A stretch of 64,000 nucleotides of DNA, taken from contig CM022678.1 in NCBI GenBank assembly GCA_012295275.1, positions 124,001 to 188,000 on the forward strand, in the 5' to 3' direction. Position numbers and translations under genes: made by a program. The notes below the pieces were generated by a model. It made no database searches, was not told the DNA's origin, and saw only the letters and a list, made by a program, of their open reading frames with translations. Position 1 is the first letter of the stretch; every line of letters begins with the position of its first letter. Below, in pieces: positions 14,140 to 28,050 of this stretch. This DNA is from Chrysomallon squamiferum. Its lineage: Eukaryota; Animalia; Mollusca.

Positions 14140-17100
14140 TGATACTGAACAATTCTAGAAGTAACTGAGTGTAATGGTGTACTGAGATCACTGACAACAC
14201 TGAACAATACTAGAAGTAAACGAGTGTACTGGTATATTGAGATAACTGACAATACTGAACAAATCTAGAAGTAAGTGAGTGTAATGGTGTACTCAGATCA
14301 CTGAAAATACTGAACAATTCTAGAAGTAAATGAGTGTAATGGTTGACTGAGAGCACTGACAATACTCAACAATTCTACAAGAAAATGAGTGTAATGGTTG
14401 ACTGACAGCACTGACAATACTCAACAATTCTACAAGAAAATGAGTGTAATGGTGTACTCAGATCACAGACAATACTCAACAATTCTACAAGAAAATGAGT
14501 GTAATGGTGTACTGAGACCACTGGCAATACTGAAACATTCTAGAAGTAAATAAGTATAATGGAGTTCTGACATGACAGACAATACTGAAACAATTCCACA
14601 AGTAAATGAGTGTAATGGTGTACTGAGATCACTAACAATACTGAAAAATTCTAGAAGTAAATGAGTGTAATGGTGTTTTGAGAACACTGACAATTCTAAA
14701 CAATTATAGAAGTAAATGAGTGTAATGGTGTACTGAGATCACTGACAATACTGAAAAATTATACAAGTAAATGACTGTAATGGTGAAATGAGACCACACA
14801 CAATACTGAGCACTTCTAGAAGTAAATGAGTGTAATGCTCTACTCAGATCACTGACAATATTGAACAATTCTAGAAGAAAATGAGTGTAATGGTGCACTG
14901 AGATCACTGACAACACTGAACAGTTCAGAAGTAAGTGAGTGTAACGGTGTACTGAGATCACTGACAATACTAAAACATTCTCGAAGTAAAAGAGTGTAGT
15001 GGTGTTCTGACATGACAGTCAATACTGAAACATTCCAGAAGTAAATGAGTCTAATGGTGTACTGAGATCACTAACAATACGGAACAATTCTAGAAGTAAA
15101 TGAGTGTAATGGTGTATTGAGATCACTGACAACACTGAACAATTCTAGAAGTAAAAGAGTTTCATGGTCTACTGAGATCATTAAAAAAAGTGAACAATTC
15201 TAGAAGTAAATGAGTGTACTGGTGTAATGAGATCACTGCCATACCGAACAATTCTAGAAGTAAATGAGTGTACTCGTGTACTGAGATAACTGACAATACT
15301 GAACAATTCTAGAAATTAATGGGCATACTGAGATCACTGACACCACTGAACAAATTTAGAAGTAAGTGAGTGTAATGGTGTACTGAGATCAGTGAAAATA
15401 CTGAACAATTCTAGCAGTAAATGAGAGTGATGATGTACTAATATCGCACACAATATTGAACAATTCTAGAAGTAAATGAGTGGACTGGTGTACTTATATC
15501 ACTGATAATACTGAACAATTCTAGAAGTAAATGAGTGTAATGGTGTATTGAGATCACTCACAATACTGACAAATTCTACAAGTAAATGAATGTAATGGCG
15601 TTCTGAGATCATACACAATACTGAGCACTTCTAGAAGTGAATGAGTGTAATGGTGTACTGAGATCACTGACAATATTGAACAGTTCTAGTAGTAAATGAG
15701 TGTAATGGTGTTTTTAAACCACTGACAATTCAGAACAATTATAGAAGTAAATAAGTGTAATGGTGTAATGAGATCACTGCCATACTGAACAATTCTAGAA
15801 GTAAATAAGTACTGGTGTACTCAGGAAACTGACAAAACTAAATAATTCTAGAAGTAAATGTGTGTAATTGTATACTGATATCACAGAGAATACTAAACAA
15901 TTCTAGAAGTAAATGATGGTAATGGTGTACTGTGATGAGTGACAATACTGAACAACTCTAGAAGTAAATGAGTTTGATGGTCTACTGAGATCATTCACAA
16001 AACTGAACAATTCTAGAAGTAAATGAGTATAATGATGTAATGAGATCACTGCCGTACTGAACAATTCTAGAAGTAAATCAGTGTACTCGTTTATTAAGAT
16101 AACTGACAATACTGAACAATCCTAGAAGTTAATGAGTGTACTGAGATCACTGACACCACTGAACAAATGTAGAAGTAAATGATTATAATGGTGTACTGAT
16201 ATCACTGATAATAATGAACAATTCTACAAGTAAATGAGTCTAATGGTGTACTGAGATCACTAAAAATATTGAACAATTCTAGAAGTAAATGAGTGTACTA
16301 GTGTTTTTAAACCACTGACAATTCTGAAAAATTATAGAAGTAAATGATTGTAATGGTGTATTGAGATCACTGACAACAGTGAAAAATTCTACAAGTAAAT
16401 GAACGTAATGGTGTACTGAGATCACACACAATACTGAGCACTTCTAGAAGTAAATGAGTGTAATGATGTACTGAGATCACTGAGAACTCTGAACAATTCT
16501 ACAAGTAAATGATTGTAATTATGTACTGCTATCGCAGACAATATTGAACACAATTCTAGAAGTAAATGAGAGTACTGGTGTACTTATATCACTGATAATA
16601 CTGAGCACTTCTAGAAGTAAATGAGTGTAATGATGTACTGCTATCGCAGACAATACTGAACAATTCTAGAAGTAAATGAGTGTAATGGTGCACTAATATC
16701 ACTGACAACACTGAAAAATTCTAGAAGTAAATGAGTATAATGGTGTACTGAGATCACTAAGAACACTGAACAATTCTAGAAGTAAATGAGGGTAATGGTG
16801 TTTTGAGACCACTAAGAACACTGAACAATTCTAGAAGTAAATGAGTATAATGGTGTTTTGAGACCACTAAGAACACTGAACAATTCTAGAAGTAAATGAG
16901 TATAACGGTTGACGGAGATCACTGACGATAGTGAACAATTCAAGAAGTAAATGAGTGTAATGGTACACTGATATCACAGTCAATACTAAACAATTCTAGA
17001 AGTAAATGATTCTAATGGTGCACTGTGATGAGTGACAATACTGAACAACTCTAAAAGTAAATGTGTGTAATGGTTGACTGATAGCTCTGCAGTAGTGAAC

Positions 17101-20100
17101 AATTCTAGAAGTAAATGAGTGTAATGATCTCGCAGACAATACTGAACAATTCTAGAAGTAAATGAGAGTAATGGTGTACTTAGACCATTGACAATACTGA
17201 ACAATTCTAGAAGTAAATGAGTGTAATGGTGTACTGAGATCACACACAATACTGAGCACTTCTAGAAGTATATGAGTGTAATGGTGTACTCAGATCACTG
17301 ACAATACTAAACAATTCCAGAAGTAAATGAGTGTAATGGTGTATTGAGATCACTGACAATACTGAACAATTCTAGAAGTAAATGAGTGTAATGGTGTATT
17401 GAGATCACTGACAATACTGAAAAACTACAAGTAAATGAGTGTAATGGTTGACTAAGAGGACTGCATTACTGAACAATTCTAGAAGTAAATGAATGTAATG
17501 GTGTATTGAGATCACTGACAATACTGAACAACTCTACAAGTAAATGAGTGTAATGGTTGACTAAGAGGACTGCATTACTGAACAATTCTAGAAGTAAATG
17601 AGTGTAATGGTGTACTGAGATCACTGCCATACTGAAACATTGTAGAAGTAAATAAGTACTGGTGTACTGAGATCACTGACACCACTGAACATATCTAGAA
17701 GTAACTGAGTGTAATGGTGTTCTGAGATAATTGAGAATACTGAACAATTCTAGAAGTAAATGAGTGTAATGGTGTACTAAGATCACTCACAATGTTGAAC
17801 AATTCTAGAAGTAAATGAGTGTACTGGTGTACTGAGATCACTGACATAGTGAACAATTCTAGAAGTAAATGAGTGTGATGGTGTACTGATATCACAGACA
17901 ATAATAAACAATTCTAGAAGTAAATGAGTGTAATGGAGTACTCAGATCACTGACACCACTGAACAAATCTAGAAGTAACTGAGTGTAATGGTGTACTGAG
18001 ATCACTGACATAGTGAACAATTCTAGAAGTAAATGAGTGTACTGGTGTACTGAGATCACTGACACCACTGAACAAATCTAGAAGTAACTGAGTGTAATGG
18101 TGTACTGAGAAAAGTGAGAATACTGAACAATTCTACAAGTAAATGAGTGTAATGGTGTACTGAGACCACACACAATACTGAGCACTTCTAGAAGTAAATG
18201 AGTGTAATGATGTACTGAGATCACTGACAATACCGAACAATTCTAGAAGTAAATGAGTGTAATGGTGTTTTTAAACCACTGACAATTCTGAACAATTACA
18301 GAAGTAAATGAGTGTAATGGTGTATTGAGATCACTGACAATACTGAAACATTCTACAAGTAAATGAGTGTGATGGTGTACTGAGACCACACACAATACTG
18401 AGCACTTCTAGAAGTGAATGAGAGTAATGCTGTACTCAGATCATTGACAATATTGAAAAGTTCTAGAAGTAAATGAGTGTAATAGTGTTTTTAAACCACT
18501 GACAATTCTGAACAATTACAGAAGTAAATGTGTGTAATGGTGTATTGAGATCACTGACAATACTGAAACATTCTACAAGTAAATGAGTGTGATGGTGTAC
18601 TGAGACCACACACAATACTGAGCACTTCTAGAAGTAAATGAGTGTAATGGTGTACTGATATCACAGACAATAATAAACAATTCTAGAAGTAAATGAGTGT
18701 AATGGAGTACTCAGATCACTGACAATATTGAACAGTTCTAGAAGTAAATGAGTGTAATGGTGTACTGAGATCATACAGAATACTGATAACTTCTAGAAGT
18801 GAATAAGTGTAATGGTGTACTGAGATCAATGACAATATTGAACAGTTCTAGAAGTAAATGAGTGTAATGGTGTACTGATATCACAGACAATAATAAAAAA
18901 TTCTAGAAGTAAATGAGTGTAATGGAGTACTCAGATCACTGACAATACTGTTCAATTCTACAAGACAATGAGTGTAATGGCTGACTGAGAGGACAGACAA
19001 CATTGAACAATTCTAAAAGACAATTAGTGTAATGGTGTACAGAGACCACTGACAATACTGAAACATTCTAGAAGTATATGAGTGCAATGGTGTTCTGACA
19101 TGACAGACAATACTGAACAATTCCACAAGTAAATGAGTGTAATGGGTACTGAGAACAGTAACAATTCTAGAAGTAAATCATTGTAATGGTCCTTTTAAAC
19201 CACTGACAATTCTGAACTATTATAGAAGTAAATGAATGTAATGCTGTAGTGAGATCACTGACAATACTGAACAATTCTAGAAGAAAATGAGTGTAATGGT
19301 GTACTGAGATCAGTGACAATACTGTTCAGTTCTACAAGAAAATGATGCAATGGTTGACTGAGAGCAGAGACAACACTGAACAATTCTAAAAGAAAATTAG
19401 TGTAATATTCCACAGAGATCACTGACAATACTGAACAATTCTAGAAGTAAATGAGTGTAATGGTGTTTTGAGACAAATGAGAATACTCAACAATATTAGA
19501 AGTGAATGACTGTAATGGTTGACTCAGATCAGTGACAATACTGAACAAATCAAGAAGTAAATGAGTGTAATGGTGTACTGGGATCACTGACAAAACTGAA
19601 CAATTCTAGAAGTAAATGAATGTACTGGTGTACTGATATCAGTGATAATACTGAACAATACAAGAAGTAAACGAGTGTAATGGTGTACTGAGATCACTGA
19701 CAATACTGAAAAATTCTACAAGTAAATGAGTGTAATGGTGTACTGAGACCACACACAATACTGAGTACTTCTAGAAGTAAATGAGTGTAATGGTGTTCTG
19801 ACATCACTGACAATACTGAACAATTCTAGAAGTAACTGAGTGTAATGATATCCTCAGATCACTGAAAACTCTGAACAATTCTACAAGTAAATGAGTGTAA
19901 TGATGTACTGCTATCGCAGAGAATATTGAACAATTCTAGAAGTAAATGAGTGTACTGCTGTACTGATGTCACTGATAATACTGAACAATTCTATAAGTAA
20001 ATGAGTGTAATGGTGTTTTTAAACCACTGACAAATCTGAACAATTATAGAAGTAAATGATTCTAATGGTGTATTGAGATCACTAACAATACTGAAACATT

Positions 20101-21492
20101 CTACAAGTAAATTGATGTAATGGTGTACTGAGACCACACACAATACTGAGCACTTCTAGAAGTAAATTAGTGTAATGGTGTACTGAGATCACTGACAATA
20201 CTGAACAATTCTACAATTATATGAGTGTAATGTTGAACTGAGATCACACACAATACTGAAACATTCTAGAAGTGAATGAGTGTAATAGTGTACTCATATC
20301 ACTGAGAAAACAACAATTCTAGAAGTAAATGAGTGTAGTGGTGTACTGAGATCACTGACATACTAGAAGTAAATAAGTACTGGTCTACTCAGGTCCCTGA
20401 CAACACTAAACAATTCTAAAAGGAAATGAGTGTAATGGTTGACTGAGAGTACTGCAATACTGAACAATTCTAGAAGCAAATGAGTGGACTGGTGTACTGA
20501 GATCAGTCACAATACTGAGCAATTCTAGAAGTAAATGAGTCTAATGGTGTACTCAGATCACTGACAATAGTGAACAATTCTAGAAGTAAATGATTGTAAT
20601 GATGTACTGATATCGCAGACAATATTGAACAATTCTAGAAGTAAATGAGTGTACTGGTGTACTGATATCACTGATAATACTCAACAATTCTACAAGTAAA
20701 CGAGTGAAATAGTGTGCTGAGATCACTAACAATACTCAAGAATTCTAGAAGTAAATGAGCGTAACGGTGTTTTTGAACCACTAACAATTCTGAACAATTA
20801 TAGAAGTAAATGAGTTTAATGGTGTATTGAGATCACTGATAATACTGAACAATACTAGAAGTAAATGAGTTTAATGGTGTTTTGAGATCACTGCAACACT
20901 GAAAAATTCTAGAAGTAAATGAGTTTGATGGTCTACTGAGATCATTCACAAAACTGAACAATTCTACAAATAAATGAGTGTAATGGTTTACTGAGATCAC
21001 TGACAATACCGAACAATTCTAGAAGCAAATGAGTGTAATGGTGCACTCAGATCACTGACAATACTGATCAATTCTACAAGTAAATGAGTGTAATGGTGTA
21101 CTGAGATCAGTGAGAATACTGAACAAATCTAGAAGTAAATGAGTGTAATGCTGTACTGAGATCACTGAGAATGCTGAACAATTCTACAAGTAAAAGAGTG
21201 TAATGGTTGACTGATATCAGTGAGAATACTGAAGAAATCTAGAAGTAAATGAGTATTCTAGTGTACTGATATCTGTGTGAATACTGAATAAATCTAGAAG
21301 TAAATGAGTGTAATGGTGTACTGAGATCAGTAAAATACTGAACAATTCTACAAGTAAATGAGTGTAATGGTGTACTGATATCACTAAAATACTGAATAAT
21401 TCTAGAAGCAAATGAGTGTAATGGTGTAGAGATCACTGACAACACTGAACAGTTAAGAATTAAATGAGTGTATTGGTATAATGAGATCACTA
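14140..21492. repeat. 55-bp satellite array, about 130 diverged copies
   Basis: Consensus ctgacaatactgaacaattctagaagtaaatgagtgtaatggtgtactgagatca; period 55 (e.g. 17296 to 17351). Confidence 0.97.
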
Positions 21493-21680
21493 AGCAATGT
21501 CTAAAGATATATGGAACTTCAGAAACTCAGGTCACTAAAGACACCGAAGAGGTGGATTGAAGAACTGACTGGAAAGACATAATATGTGACCCAGGACAAC
21601 AAAACATGTCTTAAGTTGCATTTTGTTCACTGCTTTTTAACTAAATAAATAAAACAAGAAGTAAAATATAAAGGAGAAAC

Positions 21681-21721
<41 letters not shown>

Positions 21722-22669
21722 TATTTAAAATCAAATAAATAAAATAATTTAAAAATCCAAAACCCCCAAATATATATAAATAAATAAGTAGAAAATATTT
21801 ATAAAAAAAAATGGTGAGATAATTCTGAGGTGTGTGTTGTCATGTGTACTGCCAGTCAAAAAAAAAAGAACAAATGAGCAGTTAACCTCTCAGTTTTGTT
21901 GTGTATCATTAACATATTAAAACTGTGAGTAAAAATATTACCACTGACAACTGCAGCTGCTGAACTCTGTTTGTGGACTTGAATGTGCTGGAAGCAACCC
22001 ACCAGAACACAGCAACATCTCTGGGGATGGAGTCAAGCTGGGTTCTGTCTTTGATTGGAATTTAGATGAACATTCGCCAGAACAGATTTCAACACAGTTC
22101 CAATAACTCCATTATCAACCAGCTTCTTTCGAGAATCCCTGTAATAAAGAAAAAAAATGATTAAATGTCATTAATTGTTATGAACTCTACAAGAAAAACT
22201 GAAAAAGATGTTTATTAAATTAAAAATAAATTATAAAATAAAAGATATTAAACATTAATAAATAGTATTTTCACCCGTATGAATATAGTTTTCCTGCTGT
22301 GTGAATTAATATAATTAATACTACATTAGTTTAGTTTAATATAAAATCTAAATCCTCAGAAGAAGAATTAAATAAACATAAAAGAAATAAAACAGTAAAT
22401 ATAAATAAATAAATAATTATTTATTTTATTATATTTTTTTTTAATTTGTACTGTAATGTAGTTTGATATTAGGTATAAAATAACTGAAGACATTAAACAT
22501 TTTATAGAATATATATTAATGAAAGGAAACTTGAAGACTAATTTGTTAGTATTAACAAAGAGAATTACAATTAGTAAAGAAACAATGCACACATTTTATT
22601 TTACTCAAACACTAACAACTTTAACTAGGTGCTTCCAAATGTTACACTACTGTTACCAGAATATTCTTT

Positions 22670-22930
22670 GTATCAACAATATGCTGAATCTTCCTCCACA
22701 GAGCTTGGACACTGCTGAAAAAACATCTTCATGAACTCTTTCACTGCTGCACTGGAGACAGCTTTCTCAAAGTCAGTCTAGATAATCTGTGGCTTCAAAT
22801 TCAAGTTTTTTCTGCTTCAATCTTCACTAGTTGAAAAACTGAGACATACATAGCTTCAGCCTTGTTTGGAATGAACATGTAAACAAGAGGGTATGTGATG
22901 TCCTGGATTTCTGCATGAAGATTGTAAAAC
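22670..22930 (-). mobile_element. MULE/Mutator transposase pseudogene fragment
   Basis: Minus strand reads FYNLHAEIQDITYPLVYMFIPNKAEAMYVSVF..NLKPQII*TDFEKAV..CFF..QALWRKIQ, matching the MULE pattern PLVY..LP.K / TDFE / CxFH..LWRK; contains a stop and frameshifts. Confidence 0.8.
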
Positions 22931-25900
22931 CAGTGTTTCGTATCACACTCTTAAACCTGCTGCAATGAGACCTGATGAATTGTCTCCCTTTTTTCTTATT
23001 TCACCTGAGAGTACTGGTCACAATGGAGACTGTACCTGTGAGTTATATAACTGCTACCTGTACAAGATATTTATGATCTTGAAATAATATACAAGTTATT
23101 AATTTCATAAAAAAAGAGAAACATTAAAGGAAAGAAAAAAAGCAATAAATAAATAAAGAAGAAAAAAGAGCAATAATAGTAAAAACAAAAAATATTATCC
23201 TAATAACAATATTAATGTATGATAGTTTCTTTGATTTTGCTTCTGGAGAGAAATACTGCATAAATTACCACAACAAGTTAACAAAATGCTTAAATAAATG
23301 TTTCTTTGTTTAAGAATATAAAACAGTTCATTCACTGAAGGCAAGCTTGCATTTGTATGGTTATTAAAACAACAAAAGCATTCAGTAATTTTGTAAAATA
23401 ATTTTCTAGTCATCATTTAAAATCATAAGCTTTTATATCATTTTATTTACATTGTTGTAAAATTATAGTAAACTGAATTTGAATAAAAATATTTTTAGTT
23501 AAAACATTAAAACTTTGATTTCTGATTAAATAAAATATCATTCCCTCAAAGAGAGGTAATACAGGAAATATCACAACTAACTTTGCTGCAGAATTAGAAA
23601 CACCATGATAATGTTTCTAAGGAAATCCACTCACATTTCCATTAATGAGGTCAGAGATCTTTCTGTGACATCTTTGAAAAGACCATGAGGGTTTCCAGGG
23701 ATGTCCATGTAATCAAGAATTTCATTTGCCTGACTTCTGAGTTCCTACAGATGAAACAGAGAATTACAATATTAAGTATAATAACAAATTCAGTAATAAT
23801 ATGGAAATAGTTTTATAGGCAAAGGAATTTGTTTCTCTAACATGAAATAATTTATCTTATTGGATTAAAGTATTTTGTTAAACTCGAACGGTTTCTAGGT
23901 TGTATTGTCTTTTTTCCCTTTGTAACTTTATGATGCTAACTTAAGTTTGAAAATGATTATATATCTGCAATTTATTGTTCAATTTTAATTTCAAGGAAGG
24001 GTATTAATTAGCATTGAGTATTAAATAAAGAAAATACCAAAACAAGAACACACATAGATACTAGTTAACTATTTAACTTTCACTTTTTGTATAAATGTAA
24101 TGAAAAGTAAGTGTAAACTAAAATATTCAATATAATAAATAACTAAATAAATAAAAGAACAGCTAATATTTTAATATACTGCACAAATAATTTAATTTTT
24201 TTTTTAAAATGAAGATTTAAAATTTGTTTTTAATATTTATAGAAGCTCAATTTCTGTATTGCAAAAATACAATATCCTGGTGCGTATAGAGGGTAGAGGA
24301 GGGTAAGGAATACAAATAATAACCATAACTAAGGAAGAAAGAAACAAGACTCAGTGACACAGAAAAATTAAATATAAAAACTATTGTAAGACTGACATCT
24401 CCAAACAGGACAAAGTGACCCAGGTTTATGACAACAACACTAATGAGACTGAATAAACCATCAGTTCATTTTACTGATATATTTGAGAAAAAACAGAATC
24501 ATTCTTGTGCATTTACTACTTCTTTGCTGACATCTACATGTTGGAAGATCAACTAGGAGTGGCTGTTATTTCTCAACTCACAGACTTCACCTCTGGTAAC
24601 ACCAGTGACACAAAACTGTGTGACAAGGTTTTGAGAATGAAAACAAATAAACTCATTATGAATATTATAAAATATTTCACAATTGAAAATGAGAAAACAA
24701 CAACTAATAAATAAAGTAACAGTGCATCAGTTGAACACTTTTGTAATATTTTTATACTAATACATACTTGACCATGGACAGTAACATCAAGGACATTTCG
24801 GTATTGTTGCCATATAAAACACCCCACTTGTTAGGGATGGTTCTGTATATAAAACAGCTGATCCTAGATCATTTAAGAGATTCTTCAGTTCTAAGTACAT
24901 AAGTGTGCAAAGCAATGTTTAAACAAAAGCAATTCACTTCAGTTTGGCATTTTCTTCTTAAGTTCAGTTGTTTTGTGACAGGGCTTCTATTGTCTCTCAT
25001 AGAAACACATTAACATCTAGAAGATTCCCCGATAGGCATGATTCCATTTTTATAATCTTGAGATTATAGAAATGAAGAAGAATTATGCTAAAAATACTAG
25101 CATATGAAAATCAACATAAATATAAAATGGAACGTGGTAACTTTGGACTTCAGCAATCTCAACATGCTGTTTCAAGATGCACATAAATACATCTACTTTT
25201 GTCAGTTACAAATACTAGGGTATTAACAAAACAACTAAAACATAGAAAAGTTACCTTTTTGTATAGTCTTTTATTTGTATCAGAAAAACATTTATAAACC
25301 AGTTATAATGTAATAAAACCTCCATAAATAAATGAATGTGCATGCTTGCAGTCTGTATATATTTAGTTACATGTCACTCTTCAGCTATGGTAGGCCATTT
25401 CTGTCAAACTTGCCTTGTATTCATGTTAACTGGGAAGTAAAGTAAAATCATATGACAACTTAACATGGTCCATGTTTAGAAACACATAAAAACAAACCCA
25501 AATAGCAGCATATTTACATCAGTCCTGTCAAACTATTAAACTAAACTGTACTCCACACAACTGAATTTTGTTTATAATAGATAAGTGAAACATCGCTAGA
25601 TAATAGTAAATAATAATTTACTTGACAGTACATTTGTTGTGAGATTCCTGAGTCACAAATAACTTTTTAAAGTGGATAACTTTTTGTCAGTGTAATTACA
25701 TGATACACTTGTGTCATGTTTGCTGCTGTACGTCTATCTAGCTACATACAGGTATCATGTATATCCTGGGGTGAATCTGTTATCAAACTAATGAAGTGTA
25801 AACTTCAGGGTCCTAAACCCACAATAAGCAACTTTAGACCAAATGTCTTCAAAATCTGACGTGGTTAAATGCTTAAAATCTGTTATGGAAAAAGCCACAG

Positions 25901-27942
25901 AAGAAGATAAACATGTTTAGCCAGACCTTGTTGCTGCTTGTGAAGGCCTCAAAAATATAGGTCCACTACTGTATTTATGTATGTTGCCTATGATGTATAT
26001 GGCCTTGCTTTTAATTCAAGATATCTTTTATATTTAGTCGTCACATATTTAGAGGCCATACTTGCTTGTGTAGATTTGATTAATCATGTGACCTAAGCTG
26101 TTTTTTATAAGTTAAAGTTGACTACTGAAAACATATCAGGCTTGGATTTGATTATCAGAAATCATGTTTAAAAGGAATCTTCTTATTCGTGATACTGATA
26201 CTGTAGCTAGGTATCACCTCACACAGTTTCCATATAACAACACTTCTACTTGAAGAAGTGCGAGAGTTACTTCAGTAATTTAAAAAGAACAATCACTCAA
26301 ATAAATCTAATAATTTTATCTTCATGAGTACTTTTCTAGAGAATTGTTGGACATTTTTAAAGATATAAACTAACAAGTTGATTACCTACAGAATGTGACT
26401 TTTAGAACAGACATCATTTGGACCAAAACTGTATAACAATGAAAACACTAACATAAATATAACAAAAAAGTGTCATTTTATAAATACAGTATTACCCTAT
26501 CTTTTAACTTTTTGTCTCACATTGTAACTTGTATCTTTTAATTAGTTTCTATTAAAATTTGAATAATAACAACATCATCAATGATAATAATAATAAAGCA
26601 GTGTACTTCTATGTGTTCACTTATAATGAGAGATGTGGTCCAAGATTACTAAAGTCTGAATTTACCTCTAATCACATAAAACACACAGTTTTGTAAGTAG
26701 TGACATAAGTAACACTTACTCCATACAACCAGTGTCACCAGCTGCACAGAAATAATGAATATGTATCAGCTGTGTTTACTGAGAAAATACTCATTTGTAA
26801 ATGTATTTCCATGTGGAAATTAACACAGATCATGTTCATTATTATAAATTGTAACCATAACTACTTAAACATATTTAATAAATTGTGCTCTGGCATATTC
26901 AGTATTAATGAAACTAAAAACTACATTTCAATGTGAAAAACTGTCACTTTTTCAATTGCTCAGAAAGTTTCACATCTAAGAATTTCTAATACAGGCTCCT
27001 CTAGTTGTACATAAAATAGAAGTCAATAACATTCATATTTTAAACTCAAACCGAGATTATTTGTAACAAACACATTACTTCTTGGTTTTCAATAAAATCA
27101 AAACTGGAATGAATTTTAAAGCAAAAGTTATAAAAATCAAAAATAGTTTAAAACAACTTATTTCAAATTTACCAGGAGAAAACTTCAACCAATCATAATC
27201 CACACCAGCCCAGTGAACATTCTAGAATGAGCATTGTCTGACTGTGTAGAGCTGAAACCTGCGAGAAAAATAAATCTCAGAGTAAGGGAAGTAATAATTA
27301 AAATGTATGACTAATAAAAAGTCTTACACTGTATTCAGAAACAGATACTGGTTATGTCTTGAAAACTGCTAAATGTTAACATTCTCATTCTGCATGTGTC
27401 AGTTTTAAATATTATTTAGTATTTACAATTACCTACCTGAAACAATAGATATCAAATACAAATATGAATATTCATGATTAAGTAATGAATATTAATGTTA
27501 TGAAAATGAGTACAGGGCAGGACAAACTGCTGATGTCTGCCTGGTCTGTTCACCTCTCACTCGATTCATCATCATCATCAACATCAGCTCTGGTGTTGAC
27601 AGCCAGTAACTGTAATCATTCTGTGATGTTGTGCTGCACAAATCTTCTCAAACTGTTTACAGGGCTACCTGCAGTGTAATATTTTTTTTTTTTTTTTTGT
27701 TCTCTTAGAATAGTTTTTCTGTTTGTTTGTAAAACAAAAACCATTTTATCATTCAATAAATCTGTATCCTGAGGAAAAATACAATTTTAAAAACAGTTTG
27801 AATATATAGAAAAATACATTTTAAACAGTATTTATTTATTTATTTATCTTGTATCAGATCTTAAAAAGTGAATGCCTCTATTTCAGTCTTCAGTTTTGAT
27901 AACTTTAGAACATGAAATTAAGCAAAAAAGAAACCAGGAAAC

Positions 27943-28050
27943 CTGGTAGACCAGGAACACAATCATTACCATGAAGTCCTTGAACTCCAGGTGCCACAGG
28001 ATCTCCATGGATACCAATTTCTCCAGTGTAATCAGCTTCACCATTTCTAC
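27943..28050 (-). pseudogene. Orphan degenerate collagen Gly-X-Y exon (108 bp)
   Basis: tttttcag|...|gt, phase 1-1; translation (G)RN GEA DYT GEI GIH GDP VAP GVQ GLH GND CVP GLP (G). Confidence 0.75.

Noticed and set aside
14140-21492. Repeat-protein gene or CRISPR array (short ORFs such as SVISVHHYTHLLLE)
   Set aside because: The 55-bp period is not a multiple of 3, stops are frequent, and there is no repeat-spacer alternation.
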